Source: a virus
IMG/VR virus record: IMGVR_UViG_3300026516_000001
Direction: 5' to 3' (one strand)
DNA: 64,000 nucleotides
Shown here: positions 39,048 to 47,838 of the stretch, piece after piece
Layout of the letters: each line of letters opens with the position of its first letter
Position numbering within the stretch: position 1 is the first letter of the stretch
Translations under genes and position numbers: made by a program
The notes under the pieces: generated by a model
The model's input: the letters and a program-made list of their open reading frames with translations, nothing else
The model's database searches: none
What the model was told of the DNA's origin: nothing

Positions 39048-40730
39048 TTAGAACGCGATTGATCCGTCATCTCCATACCACTCGCCATCCCAGCCCATAC
39101 GCACTCCGTCCGCTCGCGCAAACGTCAGGTCTTCGAGGGTCGTCGGGTTCAGGACCAACAGCGAGCCGGCTTTTTCGAGCGACTCCATGTGTGCAATCCA
39201 GTCCCTCGCAAACGCGGTCGACACATCATAGGGTCCGGGCGCATCAAGAATGTTGTGATGATACGGACATACAGGCAGGCCAGCCCACGCGGCGTACTCG
39301 ATGCGCTTCCGCAGGGTCGGACGAGTGTCGATAGTGCCGGGGTGGTCGTATGCCGCCCCTTGCGGGATGTTCTCGTATGCGCTCTGGAAAATTCGGTTGT
39401 ACTGCCCGCCCATCGGGAGGTACGTCGCGTTATCTGACCACGCCAGCGGGATTGTGGTTGCCACGGATGCCGGGTTGATGCCCCATCGCGCATCGGAGCA
39501 CGGGCCGCGCGACGCAACGATGCTCTGTGCGCGAAGCAGACCCGCCATATCCCCGCCCGCGTAGTCACCCAGGTTCTGCAACCACTGATGCCAGCGCATC
39601 CCCCTCGGAGCCACCCCGGCGTCGATTAGCGCACGGCGCTGCTGGGACAGAATCAGCGCATAGCGCGCAGCGGTCACAGCACTCGACATGCCCTGCGGAC
39701 GGCCGTCTTCGGCGATGTCGTGGCCGTGGCAAAACACATCAAAACCCTGGCGCGCAACCTCGACAAGTTGTGCATACGTCGGCGTAATCCCGCCCGCGCC
39801 GACCTCGTTCGCGGACCCTCCTGCGCCCCATCCGCGCGGCAGGAACTCGCGCTCGACCAGCTCACGCGCGGACTGATACCAACCGTCGAAAATCGGGGTC
39901 ACAATCCCAACGGGCCAGTCGGGCGAGTAGATGCGATCTACATCAAACGTCACCGCTGCCGTGGCCGAAACAGTGAAGAAAACCCCCGTAATCGGCGAGA
40001 AGTATTTCGCATCAGCGCCCCACGCAGACGGCGTTCCAGCCGACAGAAAGCGGGTGGCGCAAGCCGGGAATGTGCGGTATTTGCCGCTCCACGCCGCGTC
40101 ATACGCCGCGTCCCGATGCCCGAACGACGACCCCGCACTATCAGCGCACAGATTGAAGAAGCGCCGATTTGCAAACCCGCCGTCTTGGCACAATCCGATG
40201 TACAGCCGTGTGACCTTCGTCCAGTCGCTGCACTTGATCCGAAAGTGCACTTGCTGGCCGGCGCGCACGGGACGCGCAGCCACTCCCGATTCCAGCGCAG
40301 CCGGCAGCGGCAACAACAGAGATTTGTTCGTCGCCGCCGCAGACGTAGCCACCCGAATTGCATCGGCGGAGTAGTCGCCCGCGCCGGGCTCGTGCGTAAT
40401 CGACATATCCGTCGTCGTGATCGGCGCCATGCCGACAAACTGCGCCGGGTCGATGATCGGCAGATGCGACGGCTTAACCCACGACAGCAGCTCCGCGAGG
40501 CGACCAGCCGGCAGGCCGGAGACTGCATCGCCCGCGCGCACGACCGCGCCGCGATTTCTATTCCCCCCACCCGGGCCCGTCGTGTAGCGAACCGCGTCAT
40601 TCGGCTCCCATTCGCCCGCTCCGAGATACCGCCACGACTTGATGGCCGAGTCTGGTGTATCGACGACATCGCCCACATTGTAGGCGGCGGATGAGGACGG
40701 CCTCCCGCTGAGTCGTGCGCTGTTGGTCAT
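39048..40730 (-). CDS. Putative tail spike/appendage with polysaccharide-deacetylase-like domain
   Basis: VTPIFDG, FCHGHD and PYHH resemble NodB/CE4 motifs; SD TAAGGAG. Confidence 0.6.
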   Translation of the reverse strand: MTNSARLSGRPSSSAAYNVGDVVDTPDSAIKSWRYLGAGEWEPNDAVRYTTGPGGGNRNRGAVVRAGDAVSGLPAGRLAELLSWVKPSHLPIIDPAQFVGMAPITTTDMSITHEPGAGDYSADAIRVATSAAATNKSLLLPLPAALESGVAARPVRAGQQVHFRIKCSDWTKVTRLYIGLCQDGGFANRRFFNLCADSAGSSFGHRDAAYDAAWSGKYRTFPACATRFLSAGTPSAWGADAKYFSPITGVFFTVSATAAVTFDVDRIYSPDWPVGIVTPIFDGWYQSARELVEREFLPRGWGAGGSANEVGAGGITPTYAQLVEVARQGFDVFCHGHDIAEDGRPQGMSSAVTAARYALILSQQRRALIDAGVAPRGMRWHQWLQNLGDYAGGDMAGLLRAQSIVASRGPCSDARWGINPASVATTIPLAWSDNATYLPMGGQYNRIFQSAYENIPQGAAYDHPGTIDTRPTLRKRIEYAAWAGLPVCPYHHNILDAPGPYDVSTAFARDWIAHMESLEKAGSLLVLNPTTLEDLTFARADGVRMGWDGEWYGDDGSIAF

Positions 40731-40739
40731 GTGAGCTCC

Positions 40740-40919
40740 TTAGATTCCGAAAGTGGTTCGCAGCATCACGCGCGGCCAGACGAACGTCAGCGTGATCCAT
40801 GCGTTTAGGTTTGCGCGCATGGCGACCTCGACCGCCTGATTCCATCGGCAGTAGTCGATCACCAGCGGGCGGGAGTGCGCCGCCTTCCAGCGGGCAAGGT
40901 CAGTTACCGGAGCCAGCAC
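40740..40919 (-). CDS. 59-aa hypothetical protein (not in ORF track)
   Basis: GAGGAG SD and GTG start; MLAPVTDLARWKAAH...MLRTTFGI. Confidence 0.55.
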   Translation of the reverse strand: MLAPVTDLARWKAAHSRPLVIDYCRWNQAVEVAMRANLNAWITLTFVWPRVMLRTTFGI

Positions 40920-41079
40920 GTTCGTTCTCCTCGAAATTCGGATGGCGGGCCTGCTTCCAGTTGCAACCCTCGACCATAGGTTTCGTCTTCAGGCACTTGT
41001 GCGACCAACTCGGGTAGATGTACTGGCTGTGCCGGTGCGCGCACTGGCGGCAGGACATCGGGAGTTCCTGGTAGCTCAT
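40900..41079 (-). CDS. 59-aa Cys-rich protein
   Basis: CRQC..C..C; ATGA-coupled to holin. Confidence 0.6.
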   Translation of the reverse strand: MSYQELPMSCRQCAHRHSQYIYPSWSHKCLKTKPMVEGCNWKQARHPNFEENERAGSGN

Positions 41080-41576
41080 CGCGTGCGCTCCAGTTGGCGC
41101 TGCTTCTCGGCGCTGCCGCGGCTCGAGCCCAACCAATAGGCAATCGCGGTGGCGAAAGCGCCGATAATCTGGCCGGTCACGAGGTAGATCACCTCGCTAT
41201 TGCTCTCGGGCGTCGGCTGGTACATCAGCGCAGCGATCAGGCCGACGACCATCAGGAAGAGCGCCACGGTCAGAATCGCGGGCATCTGGCTGTCCCGGTG
41301 CGTCGTGCGGGCGTGCTGCGTGTCGGCCATCTCGCCCAGGTAGCGCTGGGTCATCAGTTCGGCCAGCACTTCGGCGTGCCGCAACTCGATCTCGCGCAGC
41401 TTCACGGCCGCACCGGGGTCGTGCGCCACGGCTTCTGCCACGGCTTGCGCGCTGCGATCCACGCCGAACGCGGCGGCGATCAGGCCACCAACGGCCGCGC
41501 CCGCCGGACCGCCCAGCGCGACCCCGAGCGCGGGGGCGGACTTGGCGACGGCCGCCGCAAGGTCTTTCCAGTCCAT
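41076..41576 (-). CDS. Putative holin-like membrane protein
   Basis: MDWKDL...GGPAGAAVG; two C-terminal hydrophobic helices; YWLGSSRGS.EK. Confidence 0.75.
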   Translation of the reverse strand: MDWKDLAAAVAKSAPALGVALGGPAGAAVGGLIAAAFGVDRSAQAVAEAVAHDPGAAVKLREIELRHAEVLAELMTQRYLGEMADTQHARTTHRDSQMPAILTVALFLMVVGLIAALMYQPTPESNSEVIYLVTGQIIGAFATAIAYWLGSSRGSAEKQRQLERTR

Positions 41577-41577
41577 G

Positions 41578-42075
41578 TCATGCCTCCAGCAAGTTCGCTG
41601 CGATGCGTCTCGCCCAGCCCCGGCCCTGCGAGGGCCAGCCCTGCATGTCAGCCATGGCGCCCAGCCGATGCCCGTTGAATCGCTTCGCCAGCCGCTGCGG
41701 GTCCGCCATGCGCACTGCAAGCATCGTCTTCGGCCCAATTACCCCGTCGTCTGTCGCGCCGGCTGCGCGTTGCAACCACTTCACCGACTGCAGGTAGCCG
41801 GAGTTCACGGCAGCGTCGAAGAAGTCGAATCGCACAGCATCAGGGAAGTCGTCAGAGCACCCCCAGAAGTCGCTGCGATAGATCGCCTTCGCGTCAGCCA
41901 GGGTGAGGTTACGGATGTCCAGGTGCGGGTAGCTCATGGCGCTGATGCCGTACTTGGTGCCCTTGAGTTCGCCCTTTCCGATCACGCCCGTCGTCCAGTT
42001 CCCGCGATCCTTCGGGTCAAGGCTCAGGCCCTTCTCGTGGTCGATCAGCTTCTCGAACGCCCGCTCGAAGTTCAC
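41578..42075 (-). CDS. Endolysin, GH108 with peptidoglycan-binding domain
   Basis: FERAF...HE.G, GTKYGIS, FDAAVNSG, DGVIGPKT, GWARRIA. Confidence 0.9.
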   Translation of the reverse strand: MNFERAFEKLIDHEKGLSLDPKDRGNWTTGVIGKGELKGTKYGISAMSYPHLDIRNLTLADAKAIYRSDFWGCSDDFPDAVRFDFFDAAVNSGYLQSVKWLQRAAGATDDGVIGPKTMLAVRMADPQRLAKRFNGHRLGAMADMQGWPSQGRGWARRIAANLLEA

Positions 42076-42410
42076 GACAGGATCCCCGTTTTCTTGGCGA
42101 CGAACATCACTGCAGCCCCTGCGACGATCCACACCGACGTCATCACCCACCCGTTCGTTTGCTGTTGCAACGGCTGCATGCGCTCCAGCGTGCCGAGGCG
42201 CTGTTCGATGCCGGTCAGCTTCATGTCGAGCTTGTCGATCTGCTTGAACGCCCGGCTCAGCGCTTCGTTGGTCTGCATCTGGCGCTCTTCCACGAGGGCG
42301 AGGCGGGTGACTGCGGACGCGATCTGGCGCAGCGTCTCTTTCAGCTCTCCGACGTCATCCGAGAGGATTCCCAGGCGCGTGATGACGACGTTGATATCGG
42401 ATTCAGGCAT
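42072..42410 (-). CDS. Coiled-coil protein with C-terminal TM (holin/antiholin-like)
   Basis: Position in lysis cassette; one hydrophobic helix. Confidence 0.7.
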   Translation of the reverse strand: MPESDINVVITRLGILSDDVGELKETLRQIASAVTRLALVEERQMQTNEALSRAFKQIDKLDMKLTGIEQRLGTLERMQPLQQQTNGWVMTSVWIVAGAAVMFVAKKTGILS

Positions 42411-42585
42411 CGGAGCGGCCCCCCGTTTTTGCGGAACCGGCTTGCCTTGGGAGCGTGATCCGGACTTGCTCCGGCGCGTCGATCACCAGTCGGGCGATCT
42501 GGCCCGACTTGCGCTCGAGCCGCACGGTGGTGTCGCCGATCGTGATGGTTTGGCTGGGCTTGATGTCTGCGGTGAGTTTCGGCAT
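42403..42585 (-). CDS. CsrA/RsmA-like small protein
   Basis: LT......TITIGD..V......ARLVIDAPEQVRI pattern. Confidence 0.6.
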   Translation of the reverse strand: MPKLTADIKPSQTITIGDTTVRLERKSGQIARLVIDAPEQVRITLPRQAGSAKTGGRSDA

Positions 42586-42639
42586 GGCGTCGGCTGTCGT
42601 GCGTATTGTGCGCAGTCTTGCTGCCATCCGGGCGACCAT

Positions 42640-42655
42640 CCAGCCCTACAGGGGG
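42640..42655 (-). promoter_or_regulatory. Late-gene motif CCCCCTGTAGGGCTGG
   Basis: Exact copy upstream of the CsrA-like/lysis genes. Confidence 0.7.
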
Positions 42656-42656
42656 C

Positions 42657-43331
42657 TTATAGCCACGCAACGATGTGCTGCGGCTCATCCTCGCGCGTGT
42701 CGCTGCGCAGATCGACATCCGGGCGCGCGCCGAAGTAGCGCGAGAACTCGGCCTCGGCCAGCGCGGAACGATTTGGGTCGAAGAGCTCCGCATCCGGCTT
42801 CGAGAAGGCGCGATGCAGCGCCCACTGGATAAGGTGGATGTGATGAACGCTCGGAATCCCGGGCTCGTCGGTGTCGGAAGCCATCGGCGCAGCGGGCGTG
42901 CTGTATCCCTCGAGCAGCAGCTCGCCGTCGCTGCCGGGCGCGGGCACAAGCTGGACAGAGAGCCCATCTTTCACAAGGTAGCAGGGGTCGTCCGCCGGCA
43001 TGTCGCGCCAGTACATCACGTTGCGGTCCATCCACTCGCGCGTGCGCAGGGCCAGAGGCGAGCGCAGAGGGTCGCCGGTAGCGCGCCACGCGAGGTAGCT
43101 CAGTTCGTAGAGCCTTGGGTCCAGGGCGTAATGGGCAACGCCCGCCGTAACCGCAATCTCGCACAGCCCGGGGTGCGTTTCAGCCGTCACCCGCAGCATG
43201 CGCCCGCGGATGGCGGCCTCGCCCTGGGCTTCGTTGAGATAGTCGCGGACCTCTTCGTCCGAGCAAAAGCCCGGAACTTCGATGTCATGCGCGGCCACGC
43301 GGTAGCGCGCAACGAGCTCGGCGAGCGTCAT
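42657..43331 (-). CDS. Head-tail adaptor-like protein
   Basis: MTL.EL...SDEEV.DYLNEAQ; LIQWALHRAFSKPDAE. Confidence 0.75.
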   Translation of the reverse strand: MTLAELVARYRVAAHDIEVPGFCSDEEVRDYLNEAQGEAAIRGRMLRVTAETHPGLCEIAVTAGVAHYALDPRLYELSYLAWRATGDPLRSPLALRTREWMDRNVMYWRDMPADDPCYLVKDGLSVQLVPAPGSDGELLLEGYSTPAAPMASDTDEPGIPSVHHIHLIQWALHRAFSKPDAELFDPNRSALAEAEFSRYFGARPDVDLRSDTREDEPQHIVAWL

Positions 43332-43332
43332 G

Positions 43333-43719
43333 TCAGCGCGCTCCGAACTGCTCGATCAGGCTCACGACCTCGCCGCGCAGCGTGTCCAGGCCGCGGCGCT
43401 TGTCGAGGTGGACCTCGTACTTGAGCGCATAGGCTTCGAGCGCGCCCTTGTCCATCGTGTCGACCAGCATCAGCATGGCCTCGGTCTCGTTGCGCTCGTC
43501 GTGCTCGCGCTGGGCTTGGGCGGCAATCGCGGCCTCGGCATCGCCGGGCTGCTCGGTGAGTTCCGCTTCGTCGGCGCGGCTGAATTCGGCAAAGCGCAGC
43601 AGCGTCCGGGCGTCACGCTCGGGAACGCGCTTGGCGTCGCCGGGCTCCCACTCGTTGCGCAGCGGCGTGCGGTCCCGGTAGGGCTTCTTGCCCTCGTACT
43701 TCACGGCGATGAGTTGCAT
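43333..43719 (-). CDS. Hypothetical virion-region protein
   Basis: SD GAGG; start MQLIAVKY. Confidence 0.75.
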   Translation of the reverse strand: MQLIAVKYEGKKPYRDRTPLRNEWEPGDAKRVPERDARTLLRFAEFSRADEAELTEQPGDAEAAIAAQAQREHDERNETEAMLMLVDTMDKGALEAYALKYEVHLDKRRGLDTLRGEVVSLIEQFGAR

Positions 43720-43777
43720 GCTGTCCTCTCGTGCAATCGGCCAGCCGGGGATCACCCAGCCGGCCGATTCATGGCAG

Positions 43778-44260
43778 TTACGCCACACCTTCGTTGATGG
43801 CGAAGACGATGATTTCCAGCTCCGACGCCTTGGCGTTGGCCGCGATCGCGGTGGTCAGCGTCAGCCATGCCTCTTTCGGCAGGGTCACACTGGTGTTGCT
43901 GGTCGCGTTGCGGTAGCGGCCGGCGGTCGCCACGGTAATGCCGGTGCCGAAGAAGTCGTCGTCTTGCGGCACGGCCGTCGAATCCACGCCGTCGGCGTAG
44001 GCAAAGCCCACTTTGGCGGTGATGGTGGCGGTGAGTCCGGTCTTGACGACGACCTCGCTGTCGATCAGGCAAAAGCCCGCCGGCAGAAGGCCGATCTTCA
44101 CGGTGTCGCCCGAAGCGACGGCCGCGGTCGAATCGCCACCTTCCACGGCGCCAGATGCGACGGTCTTCAGGACGTAGCGAAACGCGGTCAGGTTGCCGTA
44201 GGGCGCCGCGCCGAGTTGGTTGGACGGGTCGGGGATGCCGAGTTTGGTGATGGTGGACAT
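43778..44260 (-). CDS. Putative capsid decoration/cement protein
   Basis: Follows MCP; beta-rich; SD AAGGAG. Confidence 0.7.
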   Translation of the reverse strand: MSTITKLGIPDPSNQLGAAPYGNLTAFRYVLKTVASGAVEGGDSTAAVASGDTVKIGLLPAGFCLIDSEVVVKTGLTATITAKVGFAYADGVDSTAVPQDDDFFGTGITVATAGRYRNATSNTSVTLPKEAWLTLTTAIAANAKASELEIIVFAINEGVA

Positions 44261-44325
44261 GGTGTTCAGTTCTCCTTGGCGGGCGCCACCGGGTCAGGTG
44301 ACGCCCTGTTGCTCAGGTGGTCGCG

Positions 44326-45621
44326 TTACTGGCGCGCGCCGATGATGGGCACGGCGGTGTCGATGGCGACGATGCCGTGGTCGGTGTAGTGCTTCACGCC
44401 GTTGCCCTGATCGACCAGCCAGCGAACCTTGCTGATGCCCTGGATGGCGCCGATCAGCAGTTCCATCTTGTCGTCGTGGTCGAACTCCTTCTCCTTCCAG
44501 AAGAAGGGCATGCCGCCGTGACCGGACGCAGCGAACGCCTGGGCGATCGCCTGGCCGCCGAGCAGGATGGCGCGGTCGATCGCGTGGGTCGTGCCGAAGC
44601 CGGCCGGCACCAGCGCGGTCGCCTCGGTCTCGGCGGTATGGCTGGCGCAGTAGCTGATGGCGTCGCCCGCGTAGAAGCGGATCGGCTTGGGCATCTTCAT
44701 GATGAGGACGCCGTTCCACAGCCCGCACTCGCCCAGGAACAGCGGGTGCTGCTTGGCCTTGCTCGCGCGCGCCAGGGCGTTGGCCTGGAACTGGCGGAAG
44801 TTCGGGTCTTGAGCGAACGAGTGGTACTGCGCCGGGGAGACCAGCAGCACGCGCAGCGGCGAGTCTTCGGCCACCACGTCCCCGGGGATCTTGACGGCCG
44901 GCGGCGGCAGGGCGATCGACTCCATGGTCGTGCGGATCGCATCCACCACGTCCATGCTCAGAACGTCGGTGGTCGCAATGTCCACATCCGCACCCGAGAG
45001 CGCGAACGGGATGATGCCGTTGGTGCCGTCGGCAATGAAGTGGCGGTTCTTGGTCGGCGCCTTGACCGGGTTCACCGCCATGGCGGCAAACTTCGGGTTG
45101 GCGGCGACCGGAATGCGCCACTCGATGTTGTCATGGAAGCCTCGCGCGCCGGCCATGTGCACCAGCAGGGACTGGTCCATGTAGCTGTCCATCAGCGACT
45201 GCGCGACCGGGCGGCCCAGGCGGCGGAAATCCACGGCCGAGCGGATGCTCGTCATGGTGTCGCCGAGATCGACCGGGAAGCGCGCCTGATTGACGCGTAC
45301 GCGGGCGGTGTCGTAGCTCAGCCCGGTGCCCTTGCCCTCGGCGGTCTCGCTGCCCATGATCGGGTAGGCGCCAACAGGCTGCAGGAACTGGAACTCGACC
45401 TCATCGCCCTTGCCGCGCGACAGGTCCATGGTCTTGACGATCGGCAGATCGGTGCTGGTCTGTTTGCGCACGACTTCACCGGCTGCGGCCTCGCCCTTGG
45501 GCATGGGGCCGGACAGGCGGCCCATGGTGCTGTTGCGCTGCATCGCCTGGGCAAAGAGGCCCGCGGCGAGGACGCGCTGCTTATCCGCGGCGGAAGCCGG
45601 GACGTTGGTCTTGGTGGTCAT
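44326..45621 (-). CDS. Major capsid protein (N4-gp56/DUF4043-like)
   Basis: DLSRGKGDEV, AEGKG, HPLF.G..G.WNG, D.G..AIDT; follows scaffold. Confidence 0.88.
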   Translation of the reverse strand: MTTKTNVPASAADKQRVLAAGLFAQAMQRNSTMGRLSGPMPKGEAAAGEVVRKQTSTDLPIVKTMDLSRGKGDEVEFQFLQPVGAYPIMGSETAEGKGTGLSYDTARVRVNQARFPVDLGDTMTSIRSAVDFRRLGRPVAQSLMDSYMDQSLLVHMAGARGFHDNIEWRIPVAANPKFAAMAVNPVKAPTKNRHFIADGTNGIIPFALSGADVDIATTDVLSMDVVDAIRTTMESIALPPPAVKIPGDVVAEDSPLRVLLVSPAQYHSFAQDPNFRQFQANALARASKAKQHPLFLGECGLWNGVLIMKMPKPIRFYAGDAISYCASHTAETEATALVPAGFGTTHAIDRAILLGGQAIAQAFAASGHGGMPFFWKEKEFDHDDKMELLIGAIQGISKVRWLVDQGNGVKHYTDHGIVAIDTAVPIIGARQ

Positions 45622-45641
45622 GTTCGATGACTCCTATGGAT

Positions 45642-46616
45642 TCAGATGAGGTTGTCCAGCAGGGCGTCGCGTTGCTCTTGGGTCATCGCGGCCATGCGGT
45701 CGAGCAAGGCGGATGTGTTGCCGGCTGCGGCGAGGGTCTGCTGCGTTTCGTCCATGGGCGCCGCTCCGGGCACTTCGGACAGGGAGTTCGGCACACGGCG
45801 GACAGGCGCCTCCGGCGCGGTGCGTGCGGTGCTGGGGTTGGGTTGCGGCGGCTTGGTGGCGCGGAAGGCGTCGAAGACCTCGATCACGTCTTTCGCTTCG
45901 CCCTTGGTCAGTGCGCGCTCGACGCCGGCCTTGGCGAACGCGGGCAGGTTGTCGCGCCACGCGGCGAACTCGGCCGACTCGACAATCTCGTCCGCGTCCT
46001 TGTGGGCGGCGTAGATCGCGTCGTAGTGGGAGGCGGTCGCCGTCTTGGCTTCCTGCGCGCGAAGGGGGGCGAGCTCACGGCGGATGGTGTCGTGCAGCTC
46101 GGCACGAACGGTCTCCATCGCGCGGCGATTGAGCTCGGCCACGCCCTTTGCCAAGTCCTCTTCGGAGAAGTCGCCGAAAATCGACAGATCGACGCCCTCG
46201 GTCATCGCCTTCGTGGCGACGGCGAGGTTCGCGTCGGTCGCGGTCTGCGCCTGCCCGGCGTTCGCGCGGTCCTGCGCGTCGGCCTGCACGGCGGCGAGGT
46301 TTCGCTGCTGGGCGCTGGTCAGCTCGGCTACCTGCTGCTCGAGCTGCGCGATGCGGTCCTGCGCGGCCTTGCGGGCTTCGCGGGCCTCGGCCAGCTTCTC
46401 GTAGGGGATCGTGTAGGCGCCGGACTTGGAGAGGATCGGCGCGCCCTCGACTTCCGTCTCGGTGCTGGCGTCCTGCGTTTCGGTCTGGCCTTCGTCGGCA
46501 GAGGCGGCAGCGGGCACGCCTTCGGTGCTGGCGTCCGGCTGCTCGGCGGGGGCGTCATCGTCCTGAAGCGTCCCGTCCAGGGCGGCCTCGAGGAGTTCGG
46601 CGGCGGTCATGCTCAT
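45642..46616 (-). CDS. Scaffolding protein
   Basis: Acidic helical protein with IPYEKL..AR, upstream of MCP. Confidence 0.8.
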   Translation of the reverse strand: MSMTAAELLEAALDGTLQDDDAPAEQPDASTEGVPAAASADEGQTETQDASTETEVEGAPILSKSGAYTIPYEKLAEAREARKAAQDRIAQLEQQVAELTSAQQRNLAAVQADAQDRANAGQAQTATDANLAVATKAMTEGVDLSIFGDFSEEDLAKGVAELNRRAMETVRAELHDTIRRELAPLRAQEAKTATASHYDAIYAAHKDADEIVESAEFAAWRDNLPAFAKAGVERALTKGEAKDVIEVFDAFRATKPPQPNPSTARTAPEAPVRRVPNSLSEVPGAAPMDETQQTLAAAGNTSALLDRMAAMTQEQRDALLDNLI

Positions 46617-46680
46617 TTGCGCTTATCCAAGCTGCGGGCAACATTGCGCGGGCAGTTTGGTTGGGCGAATGCACAAGGCT

Positions 46681-46696
46681 CCAGCCCTACAGGGGG
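46681..46696 (-). promoter_or_regulatory. Late-gene motif CCCCCTGTAGGGCTGG
   Basis: Exact copy upstream of scaffold. Confidence 0.7.
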
Positions 46697-46897
46697 TAAG
46701 GATTGGGCGGATGCACAGCGCAGAGGCGCAGAGGCGCGCGCAGCGCTATCGCGCTACGTAGCAAGCACCCGGATGACGGGTAGCTTCCTGCGGATATTTG
46801 TGGAAATCCGGCAGGCGCGGCATTCCCGCGCGGGAAATGGGAAAGCGTGCGGGAAACCCTGCGGGAAATTAGGGCGTAGTACGGGAAATGCGGGCGC

Positions 46898-46922
46898 AAA
46901 AAAGCCCGCGCTCGGCGGGCTT
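46898..46922 (-). terminator. Rho-independent terminator
   Basis: AAGCCCGC/GCGGGCTT stem with T6 on the minus strand. Confidence 0.8.
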
Positions 46923-46948
46923 CGGTCTCATCGCTCGATACGAGCGCT

Positions 46949-47317
46949 TCAGCTTTCGGCGAGCCTCTGCTTCAGGTGGTAGCCCATCAGCGGCCACATC
47001 TTCTGCACGGCGTTCTGACGGGCGATCTTGCGGCCAAGCTCGGCGTCGAAGTTCTCCGGGCTGGCGCATGCGCTCTCGCCTGTCACGGTGAAGCCGTTTC
47101 GCAGGACGAGGACGCAGAAGGTCAGGAGCGCTAGGGCCTGCCCAGTTTTCTTGCCGAACCGATCGGGGCCAATAGAAATTGCACCGTCTCCATCTCGCCC
47201 ATTACCAGCGGTAAAGTAGTGCTCGCTGACGATGTTCGCTTCGATGTCCTCCGGCGTGACGCGCGGCGCGGTCAGCCCTTTGGCCTGGATTTCCTGCTCG
47301 ATCTGATGGTCGTTCAC
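46949..47317 (-). CDS. Gp49 (N4 gp49/Sf6 gp66) family protein, candidate nucleotide sponge
   Basis: APRVTP, LTFCVLVLRNGFTVTGESACASPENFDAELGRKIA. Confidence 0.85.
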   Translation of the reverse strand: MNDHQIEQEIQAKGLTAPRVTPEDIEANIVSEHYFTAGNGRDGDGAISIGPDRFGKKTGQALALLTFCVLVLRNGFTVTGESACASPENFDAELGRKIARQNAVQKMWPLMGYHLKQRLAES

Positions 47318-47838
47318 GGCAGAATCTCCCAATCTTCGGCCAGCATATCTGTCTGCGAAGCCAGCCAGCCCATGAGGATTTCACCGGTAGCGGTCTTCAT
47401 CGTGATGCACGGAAGAACGGTTGCGGCACAATCCAGCTGTTCGGCGGCATACCGCGCATTGTTCTCCGACCAAAACGACTCGTTGCCGATCTTTCGGCCT
47501 CCAAGAGGCCCAGAGAGCGAAAGCCACATACCCTTCCCGTTCCAGCCCTTTCGAGCCACCCTCTGCCCGACCTTTAGGGCCTCCAGGGCTTGGCCGAACG
47601 TCATGTCATGGCTCGCCCGATAGGAGCGCTCGAACACATCTTTGGGACTCCAACTGATATAGCCGGCGTGCCGCGGGTCGTTGGCTTTGCCGCCGTCGGC
47701 ATACTCGACCAGATAGCCGTCATCTGCTCCGTCTTCGTTGTCCGGCAGTTGCCAGCCGCGGTAGTCGTTGTACGCCTGGCGGGTCATCGGGAGCGCATGG
47801 ATTACCTTGGTTCCGATGTACGTCTTTGTCGTGCTCAT
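47314..47838 (-). CDS. DUF2829/Tad2-like domain fused to an extra N-terminal domain
   Basis: MTFGQALEALK.G.RVARKGWNGKGM...GWLASQTDMLAEDWEI. Confidence 0.85.
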   Translation of the reverse strand: MSTTKTYIGTKVIHALPMTRQAYNDYRGWQLPDNEDGADDGYLVEYADGGKANDPRHAGYISWSPKDVFERSYRASHDMTFGQALEALKVGQRVARKGWNGKGMWLSLSGPLGGRKIGNESFWSENNARYAAEQLDCAATVLPCITMKTATGEILMGWLASQTDMLAEDWEILP

